A program made the position numbers and the translations under genes. This document shows positions 10,201 to 31,100 of a stretch of 64,000 bases of DNA, in pieces. The DNA is from Macrostomum lignano (Eukaryota). How positions within the stretch are numbered: position 1 is the first letter of the stretch; the number at the start of each line of letters is the position of its first letter. The notes below the pieces were generated by a model. The model did no database searches, had not been told where the DNA came from, and saw only the letters and a list, made by a program, of their open reading frames with translations. The stretch lies in NCBI GenBank assembly GCA_002269645.1, contig NIVC01002934.1:62001-126000 (forward strand). Direction: 5' to 3'.

Positions 10201-11661
10201 GCCGTTAATTGCACGAGCAGAGCCAAGCCGAGATTCCAATTCAGCCCCAAATTAATGTGACTGCACTTGGAATCGAGCCTGGGTCGCTGGCACACCAGAG
10301 CCTGCGCTAGACCGCTGGGCTACGGACCCCCCCCCCCTCCTAACAGAGCCATTTGCTTGTAAATGTAGATTTACTAGCATACTAGCGTATATAATGTCAA
10401 AACAGCATATCCGACCTGCTTTTGATATCGATCCGCAGACAAAGAGAACCTGATAGAAGCCTCATCTCTGGTGCTGCCGTATTGATTGATGATTTTCTCT
10501 TTGATTTCATTACTATTGGATTTGGACATTGACTTGCTGCTGGTGACTGTCGACACCAGGATGACGACGCTCAGGACAATGATCCCGGCCAATAAGCCCA
10601 GGGTCTAAAATGAATACATATCGCAGATTGCTGGATTCTGCTGGAACAGGAATCAGCAAACTTCTTTTTATCACAAAAGCCAGATAAAGAATCCAGCTCA
10701 TGGCTGCGAGCCAGATGAGAGTGGAAAGGAGAGGGAAAAGAAGATTAGGGATTAGAGATGAGAGACAAGAAGAAAGGTGAGAGATGGGATGAGAGAAAAG
10801 ATAGAAGGTAAGAAAAGAGAAGAGGGGAGAAGGGAGAGGGGAGAAGGGAGAAGAGGGGAGAGGGGAGAGGGGAGAAGAGGGGTGAGGGGACAGGGGAGAA
10901 GAGTGGAAATGAGCGTAGAGGCTAAAGGAGAAGACTAAGGGGCGCCAGCACCAAGGGGCGCCAGCACCAAGGGGCGCCAGCACCAAGGGGCGCCAGCACC
11001 AAGGGGCGCCAGCACCAAGGGGCGCCAGCACCAAGGGGCGCCAGCACCAAGGGGCGCCAGCACCAAGGGGCGCCAGCACCAAGGGGCGCCAGCACCAAGG
11101 GGCGCCAGCACCAAGGGGCGCCAGCACCAAGGGGCGCCAGCACCAAGCGGCGCCAGCACCAAGGGGCGCCAGCACCAAGGGGCGCCAGCACCAAGGGGCG
11201 CCAGCACCAAGGGGCGCCAGTCCGTTTTATGTATCTCAAAGTTAGGTGGAACGAATTGAAAAATAATTCTCCTTCAAATTTAGGCCAAGGTCTAAGCCAT
11301 CCTGAAATCCTGAATCCTGAGCTTCAAAGCATCCTGAAACCCGAAGAACCCGGAAGAAATTAAAACAAACCAGCAAAGCTGAATGACTCACCAGCATGAG
11401 CAGGAGTCGCCATTTCTTCAAAGCGGCAATAAAGCCAACAACGCCAGTCAGAAGTTCGAGCAAGCTGGCAAACATCGAAGTCACTATGCTCGCTTCAAGA
11501 TTGCTCCCCTTGTCGAATCCTTTGAAGCCTTCAATCCTGTTGGCCGAGATCTGGCCGGCAGTGAACATGGACGCAAAGACCAGCTGGAAGAAGCCCAAGA
11601 CAAACACGATGCTGAAGGCAACGAGAAGAAAGCGTTGAACGGTCTTGTCTGAGACAAACAT
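7291..11661 (-). CDS. Tetraspanin, ~259 aa. Exons 11661-11392, 10604-10416, 8905-8726, 7574-7491, 7347-7291
   Basis: Four hydrophobic segments. The large loop has CCG (ERCCGF), PDSCC and a final Cys (IYDCV). All exons join in phase 0. Intron 3 needs a GC donor (GCAAGT). Confidence 0.88.
7690..8660. repeat. 30-bp minisatellite (GAGCTGGTGATGTGTTGGTGTCTTGTGGAA)n in tetraspanin intron 3
   Basis: Direct reading; about 30 variant units. Confidence 0.97.
9053..9820. repeat. 30-bp minisatellite (GAGATGCTGAGGCTTACATGGGGGATTGCT)n in tetraspanin intron 2
   Basis: About 25 near-identical units in two blocks. Confidence 0.97.
9972..10341 (-). mobile_element. tRNA-headed SINE, copy 1, with a 17-bp TSD
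   Basis: The minus strand has an A-box-like TAGCCCAGCGGT and a B-box-like GGCTCGATTCC. AACAGAGCCATTTGCTT is duplicated at 9955-9971 and 10342-10358. Homologous to 21754-22107 and 58326-58537. Confidence 0.85.
10937..11220. repeat. 16-bp minisatellite (AGGGGCGCCAGCACCA)n in tetraspanin intron 1
   Basis: About 18 units, read directly. Confidence 0.97.
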
Positions 11662-11861
11662 CTTTGGTTCACGTTTGGTGCTCGTTTAACCTTCAATAGC
11701 TGTTCGGTTCTCAGAGATGGGGGATCGTAGTTTACTCAATTGAGTAAAATCGCATCGATAGTCTATGTTCTAAACCTGTGTACAAGTGCTTCAGCATTGA
11801 TGAAGAATAAAAAACTTAGATGGAATAGACATAGATAACCAAGTTGATGATTATGAATCTA

Positions 11862-12416
11862 CAGGGTGGGCGGAAAGTAACTCCCTATTTTAATTGATAA
11901 AACATGTACATTATATTTATTTATTCTCAAAAAAATTAATCATAAAAGGTAGGCATAAATGGTAAGTTATCTCTAAAATTCAATATGTGCCCCAGATCTT
12001 TCCACCAGCTGCTGCAAACGTTCAGGAATGGCATCCACTGACTTTCTCAGAAACTCCGCTGGGATGGTGGACATGACTCCCCTTATTCGATCCTCCAGTT
12101 CTTCGAGTGTCGTTGGTTTGGAGCGGTAGACTTCTTCCTTTACCCAACCCTAAAGAAAAAAGTCGCAAGGTGTCAAATCCGGGCTCCTGGATGGCCATTC
12201 ATGTGGACCACCCCTTCATATCGTGACGCCAACTGGGCTCGCTCCTGAAGTGTTAGCTGCTGAGCCATGTTACAGTTTTATCTGAAATCAAAAACAAAAC
12301 TATCAATAAAATTGTACCATTTGTGAGAATTAATTATAAAAATATGACAAAGCAGTAACAAATTATATACAATTTATAAGTAATTTAAAATAAGGAGTTA
12401 CTTTCCGCCCACCCTG
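11862..12416 (-). mobile_element. Internally deleted Tc1/mariner-superfamily DNA transposon, 555 bp
   Basis: TIRs CAGGGTGGGCGGAAAGTAACTCC, flanked by TA on both sides. The minus strand encodes a transposase C-terminus, EWPSRSPDLTPCDFFL*GWVKEEVY...LEELEDRI, with an in-frame stop. Confidence 0.92.
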
Positions 12417-12451
12417 TACTTCATGGTTCAAGTTTTTGAAAACTTTGAGAG

Positions 12452-12790
12452 ACGGAGGAGAGGTGAGAGAGAGGGAGAGAGAGGTAGAGAGAGAGAGGGG
12501 GGGAGAGGGGGAGAGAGGTAGAGAGAGGGAGAGGTAGAGAGAGAGAGGGGGAGAGAGGGGGAGAGAGGTAGAGAGAGGGAGAGGTAGAGAGAGAGAGGGG
12601 GAGAGAGGGGTAGAGAGGTAGAGAGAGGGAGAGGTAGAGACAGAAGAGAGGTAGAGAGAGGGGAGAGGTAGAGAGAGGAGAGATAGAGATAGAAGAGGTA
12701 GAAAGAGGAGAGGTAGAGAGGGGAGAGAGAGGAATGAGAGATAGAGAGGAGGAGACATGGAGAGAGAGAGGAGAGAGAGAGAGGGTAGAG
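12452..12790. repeat. GA-rich low-complexity repeat
   Basis: Purine-rich GAGAGAGG/GGTAGAGA units. Confidence 0.95.
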
Positions 12791-14597
12791 GTCACGGTGT
12801 ATTGAGTTGGCAACGAGTTTCAAGCCTCTGGTCATTTCGTAAGGTAAAAATTAGCGCATAATGGAATGAATTATTTGCCTTCTACGTATGATTCGTGTTA
12901 GGCTGGTAAAATCGATGATCCGATGTACACATGAGGGATGTACATGTACATCCATTAAACTGTTCTATCTTGTTCTACCTTGTCACAGAGAGAGACTTTT
13001 AACGAATCAGTTTATTTGGCAATATATGAATGTTTAGTGTACATGTAGTAAAACAGTGCTTTTTTCGAAAGTAAAACGAATGAATAAAGCGGTCGTGTAG
13101 AGGGTTGTGAAAGTGCGTTGACCTTGATATACAATGCACGAGCTCTACTCATCTGTCCTAAATAGAGGATTTTCCCAGGTTGGTCTCTATTACACGAGAC
13201 GTCACAGATGATGCTCTTGGAGCCGAAGGACAGGCTCCGAGAAATTAAAAAACCGGAAGCCGGTCTCAACCATGGAGGAAAGAATAAAATGGAGTGCTAA
13301 TTTAAGCCAGTTATTTTTGTCTCGCTCGACCTGCACTTTTAGCATCCCTTCCCCCCGTTCCTTCCTATTGGCTGAAAGCATATTTTGATGTGAGCTCGTA
13401 CTATATGCTGGGACAGACCTACAGTATATCAGAGAGGGATGAAACAGAAAACGAGACGAAAACGACTTTGTCTATGGCAGTTTATCGCTTGTGCGGCAGT
13501 AAAGATCCTATTGCGTGAAGCGAACACGAATGAATGAGAATGAATGAATGAAGATGAACATGAACATGAGAATGAAGCTCTGCCTCCGCCTCCACTTCTC
13601 CGCCTCTCTTGCTCACAATATGGACACACGCCAAGCCATCAGCACTGGTTAGGCTAGGTATTTTACTAGTGCTTCGTAAAATTGGCCCCAGATGAAACCA
13701 ATCTACAGGCATTCCATGATACTGTAGAGAGTCGCGGGATCGCGGGAGTCAGGCGTGGGTGTCATTTCGGTTGCCAAGAGTGCAGCAGTTGGTTTGCTCA
13801 CACATTGCATACGCTTCCTGCCCCACCGCTTGACCCGCGAAAACATTTGATTGAACACACGTGTGTTTGTCTTATGATTCTGAGTTTAAAGTCTGAATTC
13901 CACTGCTCGATGTCTTAAATTCAATTGCCTCCCCATAATCTGTTTTGGCCATAAATAGTAATCGAAGTACAGGTTGAATATGGTAGCCGTGTCTTGAATT
14001 GAATGTTATGCCTATGTTGAATGTTTTGATGACAGAGCGTATGACGCCACTAGTCCGCAGATGACGTCATAGAATGTGAACAAAATGACGTCATACATGT
14101 AACTGCGGCAAAAAAGAAAAAAATAACTATCTAACAAAAGAAGTTTAAAGAAATATTTGTTGCATGCATGTTTTTTATTGTATGTTTGTACCTTAATGGA
14201 TGATTAAATTTGTTTTAATGTTATTAATTACAACATTCGAAAAAATCACTCTGCGTGCAAAGAATTGCAAAGAAGAGTTTTGATGCGCTAAAAATTCCAT
14301 GTCAATCGCGGGAATTATAGCTGAGCTTGGCTATTCATTTATAGTGAGCAGTTAAACTGATTTTGGTTAAAATGGTTATTACATGTTCAGTCTGAAGCAA
14401 GTTAGTGAAATAAACAAATTATGTTAATTATGCACCAAAATAACCGATAATTTCATCCTGTCAAAGGAAGGAGGATCAGCAAAGTCCCACTGTTGTAAGA
14501 AAAGTTTTAAAAGTTTTGTTGTAAGTTTTAGTTAAAATGTTCTTTTAATTTTCCATCGCCCGTTTCTTCAGCCACTTCAGTCAGCTGTGCCGAGGTG

Positions 14598-23144
<8,547 letters not shown>

Positions 23145-23859
23145 GCTGTACTTTGTTTGGCGTCTGATCAGTTGATGAAATCCGACACTTTTATGCTAAC
23201 AGCAATAGCTGATAATTAAGAAATTATGGTTTTGCACTAGAAAACCCGGACAGATCTGGCGAAGTGACTTCCTGTCCTCAGCGAGTCTGTAGCTATACTG
23301 GAGTTGCGGAGTTGTTACTGTAGCCCCTATCTGCCTCTCTTGCTGGCTTTCCTACTAGCTCTTCTTGTGCTCTTCTCGCTTGCTCGGGTTTGGGGGGGGG
23401 GCAGGGTTAGAAATGAATGACGATAAGAAAGGGCCCACCAAACCCCCACCCCAACCCTTCCCTCTCTCGACCCACCCCACCCGGCTCTACCCAAGTGCGC
23501 AAAAGCTGCACTGCACTGAGAGGCTCAATGCATAAAGCCAAGTGCGAAACTATTCTTGTTGCTCACAGCCTGTGCCAACCACACACACACACACACAGAC
23601 ACACACCCAATGCCAACCCTCCAAAATAGGCAGCTTGTTGATTGAGTACATTGGGCAAAATGTATATTGTACACTTAAAATAACAGCACAACAAGTTTTA
23701 TTTATTGTATAGTTTTGTTATTCCATCATTTGTTTAATTTTTATGTCTGCTAATCACGCAGTTCACTTAAAATACGTAATACCTGTCGTTGAATAACGTG
23801 GCTCCTTAATCAATAAGTTTTGCTGCACCAAAGTTAAATTTGCTCTGCACTGCAGACTG

Positions 23860-24290
23860 AGCTTCACAGGTTTTCACGCACTGCGACTGAGTCTCACAGG
23901 TTTTCACGCACTGTGACTGAGTCTCACAGGTTTTCACGCACTGTGACTGAGTCTCACAGGTTTTCACGCACTGTGACTGAGTCTCACAGGTTTTCACGCA
24001 CTGTGACTGAGTCTCACAGGTTTTCACGCATTGTGACTGAGTCTCACAGGTTTTCACGCACTGCGACTGAGTCTCACAGGTTTTCACGCACTGTGACTGA
24101 GTCTCACAGGTTTTCACGCACTGTGACTGAGTCTCACAGGTTTTCACGCATTGTGACTGAGTCTCACAGGTTTTCACGCACTGCGACTGAGTCTCACAGG
24201 TTTTCACGCACTGTGACTGAGTCTCACAGGTTTTCACGCACTGCGACTGAGTCTCACAGGTTTTCACGCACTATGACTGAGTCTTACAGG
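23860..24290. repeat. 30-bp minisatellite (ACTGTGACTGAGTCTCACAGGTTTTCACGC)n upstream of EGFR
   Basis: About 14 units. Confidence 0.97.
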
Positions 24291-25291
24291 CTGGTACGTG
24301 CTAAAATGACAGATTATTAATCACCAAAAATGCATATTTTTTTATTACCGTAACTAAGGCGGTACAGCATCACTATAAGTGTGCAAGGTACTTCCAATAA
24401 GACGTCAAAGACACCTCATTAACGGTGATACAATGTTTATCTAGCCCTCGGGGCTCGTTGCTGCTGTTTTCCCGATCAAAAATCGGTAGAACACCTTGCA
24501 GTTGGTAGCTTTTCCAGGAATCAGACTGCGGCAGATCGAATGGAAGGTTGAAGATTTCCGGTGTCTGGCAGTTGAACTGGATCTGAATAGCCACACTATA
24601 TAGGCTGCCAGATCTCATAACTTCAAGGCAGATTATGAGTTGGTAGCACCATTTAGATTCACAGTATTTTAGTACCTTTTTGGATCTGTTTGCAGCGCTT
24701 GAGATGCCAGTTTTGAGTTCTTGTCATTCAGTTTCTGTTGCTAAGGACTTGTAGGAGTCTCACTCAGTAGCCATTATATATGAAGGCTTCCTTACGCCAA
24801 GGACGACTAGAGTAACATACATGTATATCGATCTACTTTAGTAGTCCTTGCGTCGCACGCATTCATGAATATTGAAGAAGTCAACTGCAGAAGGAATGCT
24901 TCGTCTACCCTCGAAGACATTTATAGTTGTCTTCTCCACGACTGTTGAATGCTACTCGTATAATGAATAAGCAACTGATAGTCTATGCTCGTATTTTTGC
25001 CACTTTTGCAACTACGGGTAGTGTTTTCGCGTAGCCCAGAAGCGAAAAGTTTCTAAGAACTAACAAGGTTGGCCTCGCGACTGAGAGAGTAGAGAGAGTA
25101 CATACCAGACGATGAGAAAGTCAGGGCCGCTGTACATCTTAAATGCCTGCGTACAGTATTGGCTCTTTAATTGTATGTGCTCAAGAATCAAGCGGAATTG
25201 GCAGAATTGTCTTCGCGCGCCCGCAGCCCTACTAAAATTATTATACATGTATATGTTATTGCTATACAGTTCTTGAAGATGCGTTTGCTAA

Positions 25292-25590
25292 TAGCCAGCC
25301 ACCTCACTCCATTTATTCCTATTGACTGAAGCTATTATAATAGCCATCCACCTCACTCCATTCATTCCTATTGGCTGGAGCTATTATAACAGCCACCCAC
25401 CTCACTCCATTCATTCCTATTGGCTGAAGCTATTATAATAGCCACCCACCTCACTCCATTCATTCCTATTGGCTGGAGCTATTATAATAGCCACCCACCT
25501 CACTCCATTCATTCCTATTGGCTGAAGCTATTATAATAGCCACCCACCTCACTCCATTCACTGATCCTACTGGCTGAAACTGCTATACTA
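25292..25590. repeat. ~49-bp minisatellite, array 1 (GCCACCCACCTCACTCCATTCATTCCTATTGGCTGAAGCTATTATAATA)
   Basis: About 6 units; same family as 26665-27270. Confidence 0.93.
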
Positions 25591-26664
25591 GCCAGAGTCA
25601 TTGACCTAGAGTCATTTCAGGGTAGTTGCAGGTAGCAAAGGTAAAATAGGAAAGAATTGTGACTCCAGACGACGCCTAAGAGTCAATTGGAGGCGTTTTT
25701 ATTGTCTAAGATTCTGGGGCATTTATTAAATGACTCTAAATGGGCCGTAGTAGTCGCATCTGAGGCGTGCTAGCGTCGACTGTACGAGCGTAGAATGCAC
25801 CGTCGAAAGCGCATCTGCGTCATCTCTAACAACTCAAAGTCTACTTGAGTTATTAGAAAGATAGCGCCAATACAACAACTCTTGAACGAAATTTTTGAGA
25901 CTCTTATGCGCTCGTGACTCTCAACAGTCGCCTCTGCGTAGCATTACAGTCGTTTGAGTCGTTAAACAGCCAAAAAATCGGCTCAGAATCACTAGAGTTG
26001 TTTTCGACGACTTTAGCGATTCTTATCACGGTATACAACGTTTTCAACGGGGTATCGATAAGAGACCTATAGATATAGATACTTTACCACACACATGGGT
26101 AGTCATACAGCATGGTTAGGCCTCAATGCAGTTAAATATTCTGAATAATGAGCAAAATAATAAACAAATACAAACTACAAATTACTATGGTTTTATTTAT
26201 ACAAAGGGGACAGCATGTGACACACGGACACAAGCAAGCAGTTTAGGTTTATTAATTCAGATGCTGAAATTTCACCAGGATTGGGCCAAAAAACGCAGCT
26301 CGAAATGGGAAAACTCAGAGCATATTTAATAATCAATATGCACTAATTATTACTCAGCATAAATACATAAAAAGCATTGTTAACAACAGGCAATAGATGA
26401 ACAGAGTAACACGTTGGAATAAATTCTAAATAATTAGAAACTTACTTAGCCTAATCAAATGCTTGATGCTAGTAATGCTAGTCCTTAAGAGATTGACCTA
26501 TTAAAACTCAATGCATGTACAAAACTCGTAAACATTAGTACTTAGAGTAGGTTTTACAGCGTTTTTATTCCTTATTATTAGAAAATAGGAAGATGACTAC
26601 TTTTTAGACAGGATTACGGAGAGGGTATCATTTAATTTAAAAAATAACTTATCAAAGAGACCAC

Positions 26665-27270
26665 AACCCTCACTCCACTCACTCTTATTGGCTGAACTGT
26701 TATAAATAGCCAACCACCTCACTCCACTCACTCCTATTGGCTGAAACTGTTATAAATAGCCAACCACCTCACTCCACTCACTCCTATCGACTGAAACTGT
26801 TATAATAGCCAACCACCTCGCTCCACTTACTCCCTATTGACTAAAACTGCTATAATAGCCAACCACCTCACTCCACTCACTCCTATTGGCTGAACTGTTA
26901 TAATAGCCAACCACCTCACTCCATTCACTCCTATTGGCTGAACTGTTATAATAGCCAACCACCTCGCTCCACTAACTCATATTGGCTGAAATTTTATAAG
27001 AGCCACCCACCTTACTCCATTTACTCCTATTGGCTGAAACTGCTTATAATAGCCAACCACCCTATTCTATTCACTCCTATTGGCTGAAGCTATTATAATA
27101 GCCACCCACCTCACTCCATTTACTCCTATTGGCTGAAACTGCTTATAATAGCCAACCACCCCATTCTATTCACTCCTATTGGCTGAAGCTATTATAATAG
27201 CCACCCACCTCACTCCATTTACTCCTATTGGCTGAAACTGCTATAATAGCCAACCACCCCATTCTATTTC
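26665..27270. repeat. ~49-bp minisatellite, array 2, downstream of NUDT21
   Basis: About 12 variant units. Confidence 0.93.
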
Positions 27271-27324
27271 CTCCTTGATAAAAGACAGAAAATATAAAAC
27301 AAAGTAAAACTACTAGCTAGAGAA

Positions 27325-28824
<1,500 letters not shown>

Positions 28825-29663
28825 TTAGCTGGCAATCATGCAAGAAAACACAATTGGGTAATATTGTGTTTTTGATACATTAGATAGGGATCATGATCCC
28901 ACTTCTTTGATCCCAAAATACAATCCTACAATTTTTTATCTAATCTACCTCATGTTGACTGCTATATAGACCACAGTGGAAATCATACAAAGTATACAAC
29001 AGAACAAAAATAACTTATCAAAATTTTATATCAACCAATGTATGCCAAGCTTCTTATAGCCAATATGACATACTAATTATTAATAGAAATATAGCATAGG
29101 GTGAGAATATAGGCCATAGTCAGCACGGTGGCCTATGCCAGAGAAAATTCTGGCACACAAAAGAAGTCCATGGTATACTTGGTGCACAAAAGCAGTGCAC
29201 ACTGCAGTCTCTAAAATATTTTATGCATAAAAATGTGTGGATGCATGCCAAGGGTCAAGCAAAAATGTGCCAAGGGGCCACAGTTGCTGCAAGTTACATG
29301 ACATTTTTAATGCATGCCACTGACAGAACATAGGGTCAAAAAAGGTCATTCAGTGCACCATGATACCAGAAACAAGGTTTTGTTATTTTTTCCAGCATTA
29401 AACCCTTGGCATACACTAATATACAATACAAACTATGGTGCACAAATGGCACACAGATCTTCTCTCAAAAAATTTTCTCTGGCACATACTGTGTTACTTT
29501 CCTGACTATGGGATATAGGGCATATATAGGAGAGGTATCTGGTACTACAATATTAGAATTTTATTTGTCATTACAATATTAGTAGTAAGGCTATCATTGC
29601 CTATTTAAATTTATTATTTTAAAATTAAATTTTACACTCTATGCGCAACTTATGCTTTTCCTA

Positions 29664-29948
29664 GTACCTGATTGCAGCGCATGGGCATTTTGGCGGACGG
29701 CGTCCGGCGCGGATCTAATACAGTGCGGCGCGGCACATACGGTGCGCAGCGATTAGTACGGCGCGGCGCGGAACTAATTAGATGCCGAGGCTTTTAAGCT
29801 TGATAAGACAGTCATAGTTACTCCTGCCGTTTACCCAAAACTGCGTTAATTTTGCTTTAGGGTTTCTTTCACAGGTAAGTCATTTCACAGCGTGGCGCAG
29901 GTTGTGTAGGCGTCTGGCGTACTTAAGCCATGCGCTGCAATAGGGTCC
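29664..29948. mobile_element. Probable MITE, ~285 bp, with imperfect TIRs and TA flanks
   Basis: CTAGTACCTGATTGCAGCGCATGG (29661-29684) matches the reverse complement of 29928-29951 at 21 of 24 positions. Internal CGGCGCGG motifs are repeated. Confidence 0.65.
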
Positions 29949-30540
29949 TAGTATAATATTTTTTGCATTATTAGACTTTCATTTCACTAGAAGGCCTTAT
30001 CAATAGAAAAGTTGTCCATTGGAGAGTCCAACCAATGAAACTGACTCTATTATCTATGCTTATATTGTCTAATTGATAAGCCCCTAGGACTTCTTATTTT
30101 ACCACTTAGATCTATTATTTAGCAAGCAGACTCCTACTTTTTTGCTAGGCCTATATTCAAAATCCCTATGTCTATTGCCTAAGCATACTTATTTCTAAAG
30201 CTAGAATATTTCCTTTATTGCAAAGAGCCTTATCTTAGTAATTTTTATTTTATTTTGCTTTTTTGCTTTAGTTTTATTTAGGCCTACCATATATAAATTA
30301 TTTATCCTATAAAAACTATAGGCCTATAGTAAAGCCAAGGGAAAATATTTGCCTTGTTTTCTATTTTTGCATTTAGGCCTAGGACTAATACTTAATACTA
30401 AAACTAGTATGTTGTTTGTATATGTGCTTTATAACTCCTCTTAAAATACTGCCAAGTCAACATTGAAACTTATATGGGAAAACTACAATTTTTTATATAG
30501 CTATTATACTAATTATACTATTTATTTTGTTCAACTTTTC

Positions 30541-30632
30541 ATGCTATTAGTAACTTTTTCATGCTATTAGTAACTTTTTCATGCTATTAGTAACTTTTTC
30601 ATGCTATTAATAACTTTTTCATGCTATTAGTA
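30541..30632. repeat. 20-bp tandem repeat (ATGCTATTAGTAACTTTTTC)n
   Basis: About 4.5 units. Confidence 0.95.
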
Positions 30633-30824
30633 TCTTAAACTAGGTAACTAGGCTCTATCTATGCTTACCTTGTAGGCTAGGATCAAACAAATTGAACAAC
30701 TAAGCATAGCATTTAATCTAATAAATAGACCTATTTGTTAAATCATTGTTAAGCTATTAGGCTAAAGCCATAGGCGGCAAGTAGGCCTACCTTTGTCTTA
30801 CGTTCTTTTCCCTTTTCTTTGCCT

Positions 30825-31100
30825 GCGGTGCCAAAATAAATGCCTGTGGCACCAAAATGAGTACATACAATACAACACCAAAATGAGTGCCTGCAGTGCC
30901 AAAATGACTGCTTGCAGTGCCAAAATAAGTGCCTGCATGTGGTGCCAAATTAGTGCCTAAATGTGGCAGCAGCAGCATGGCGCCAAAATAAGTGCCTACC
31001 TATGGCATCAAAATGAGTGCCTGCAATGCCAAAATGAGTGCTTGTGGTGCCAAAATAAGTGTGTATAATGACAAAATGAGTGCCCATAGTGCCAAGTGGC
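30825..31100. repeat. Degenerate GCCAAAATGAGTGCCT satellite
   Basis: About 11 decayed units; same core as 52205-52680. Confidence 0.85.

Noticed and set aside
10255-10335. tRNA gene
   Set aside because: A- and B-box-like motifs are present, but I could not fold a convincing cloverleaf, and the sequence is the head of a TSD-flanked repeat.
24373-25248. Short ORFs between EGFR and NUDT21
   Set aside because: No motifs, no splice-compatible partners, and other frames are full of stops; probably decayed repeat DNA.
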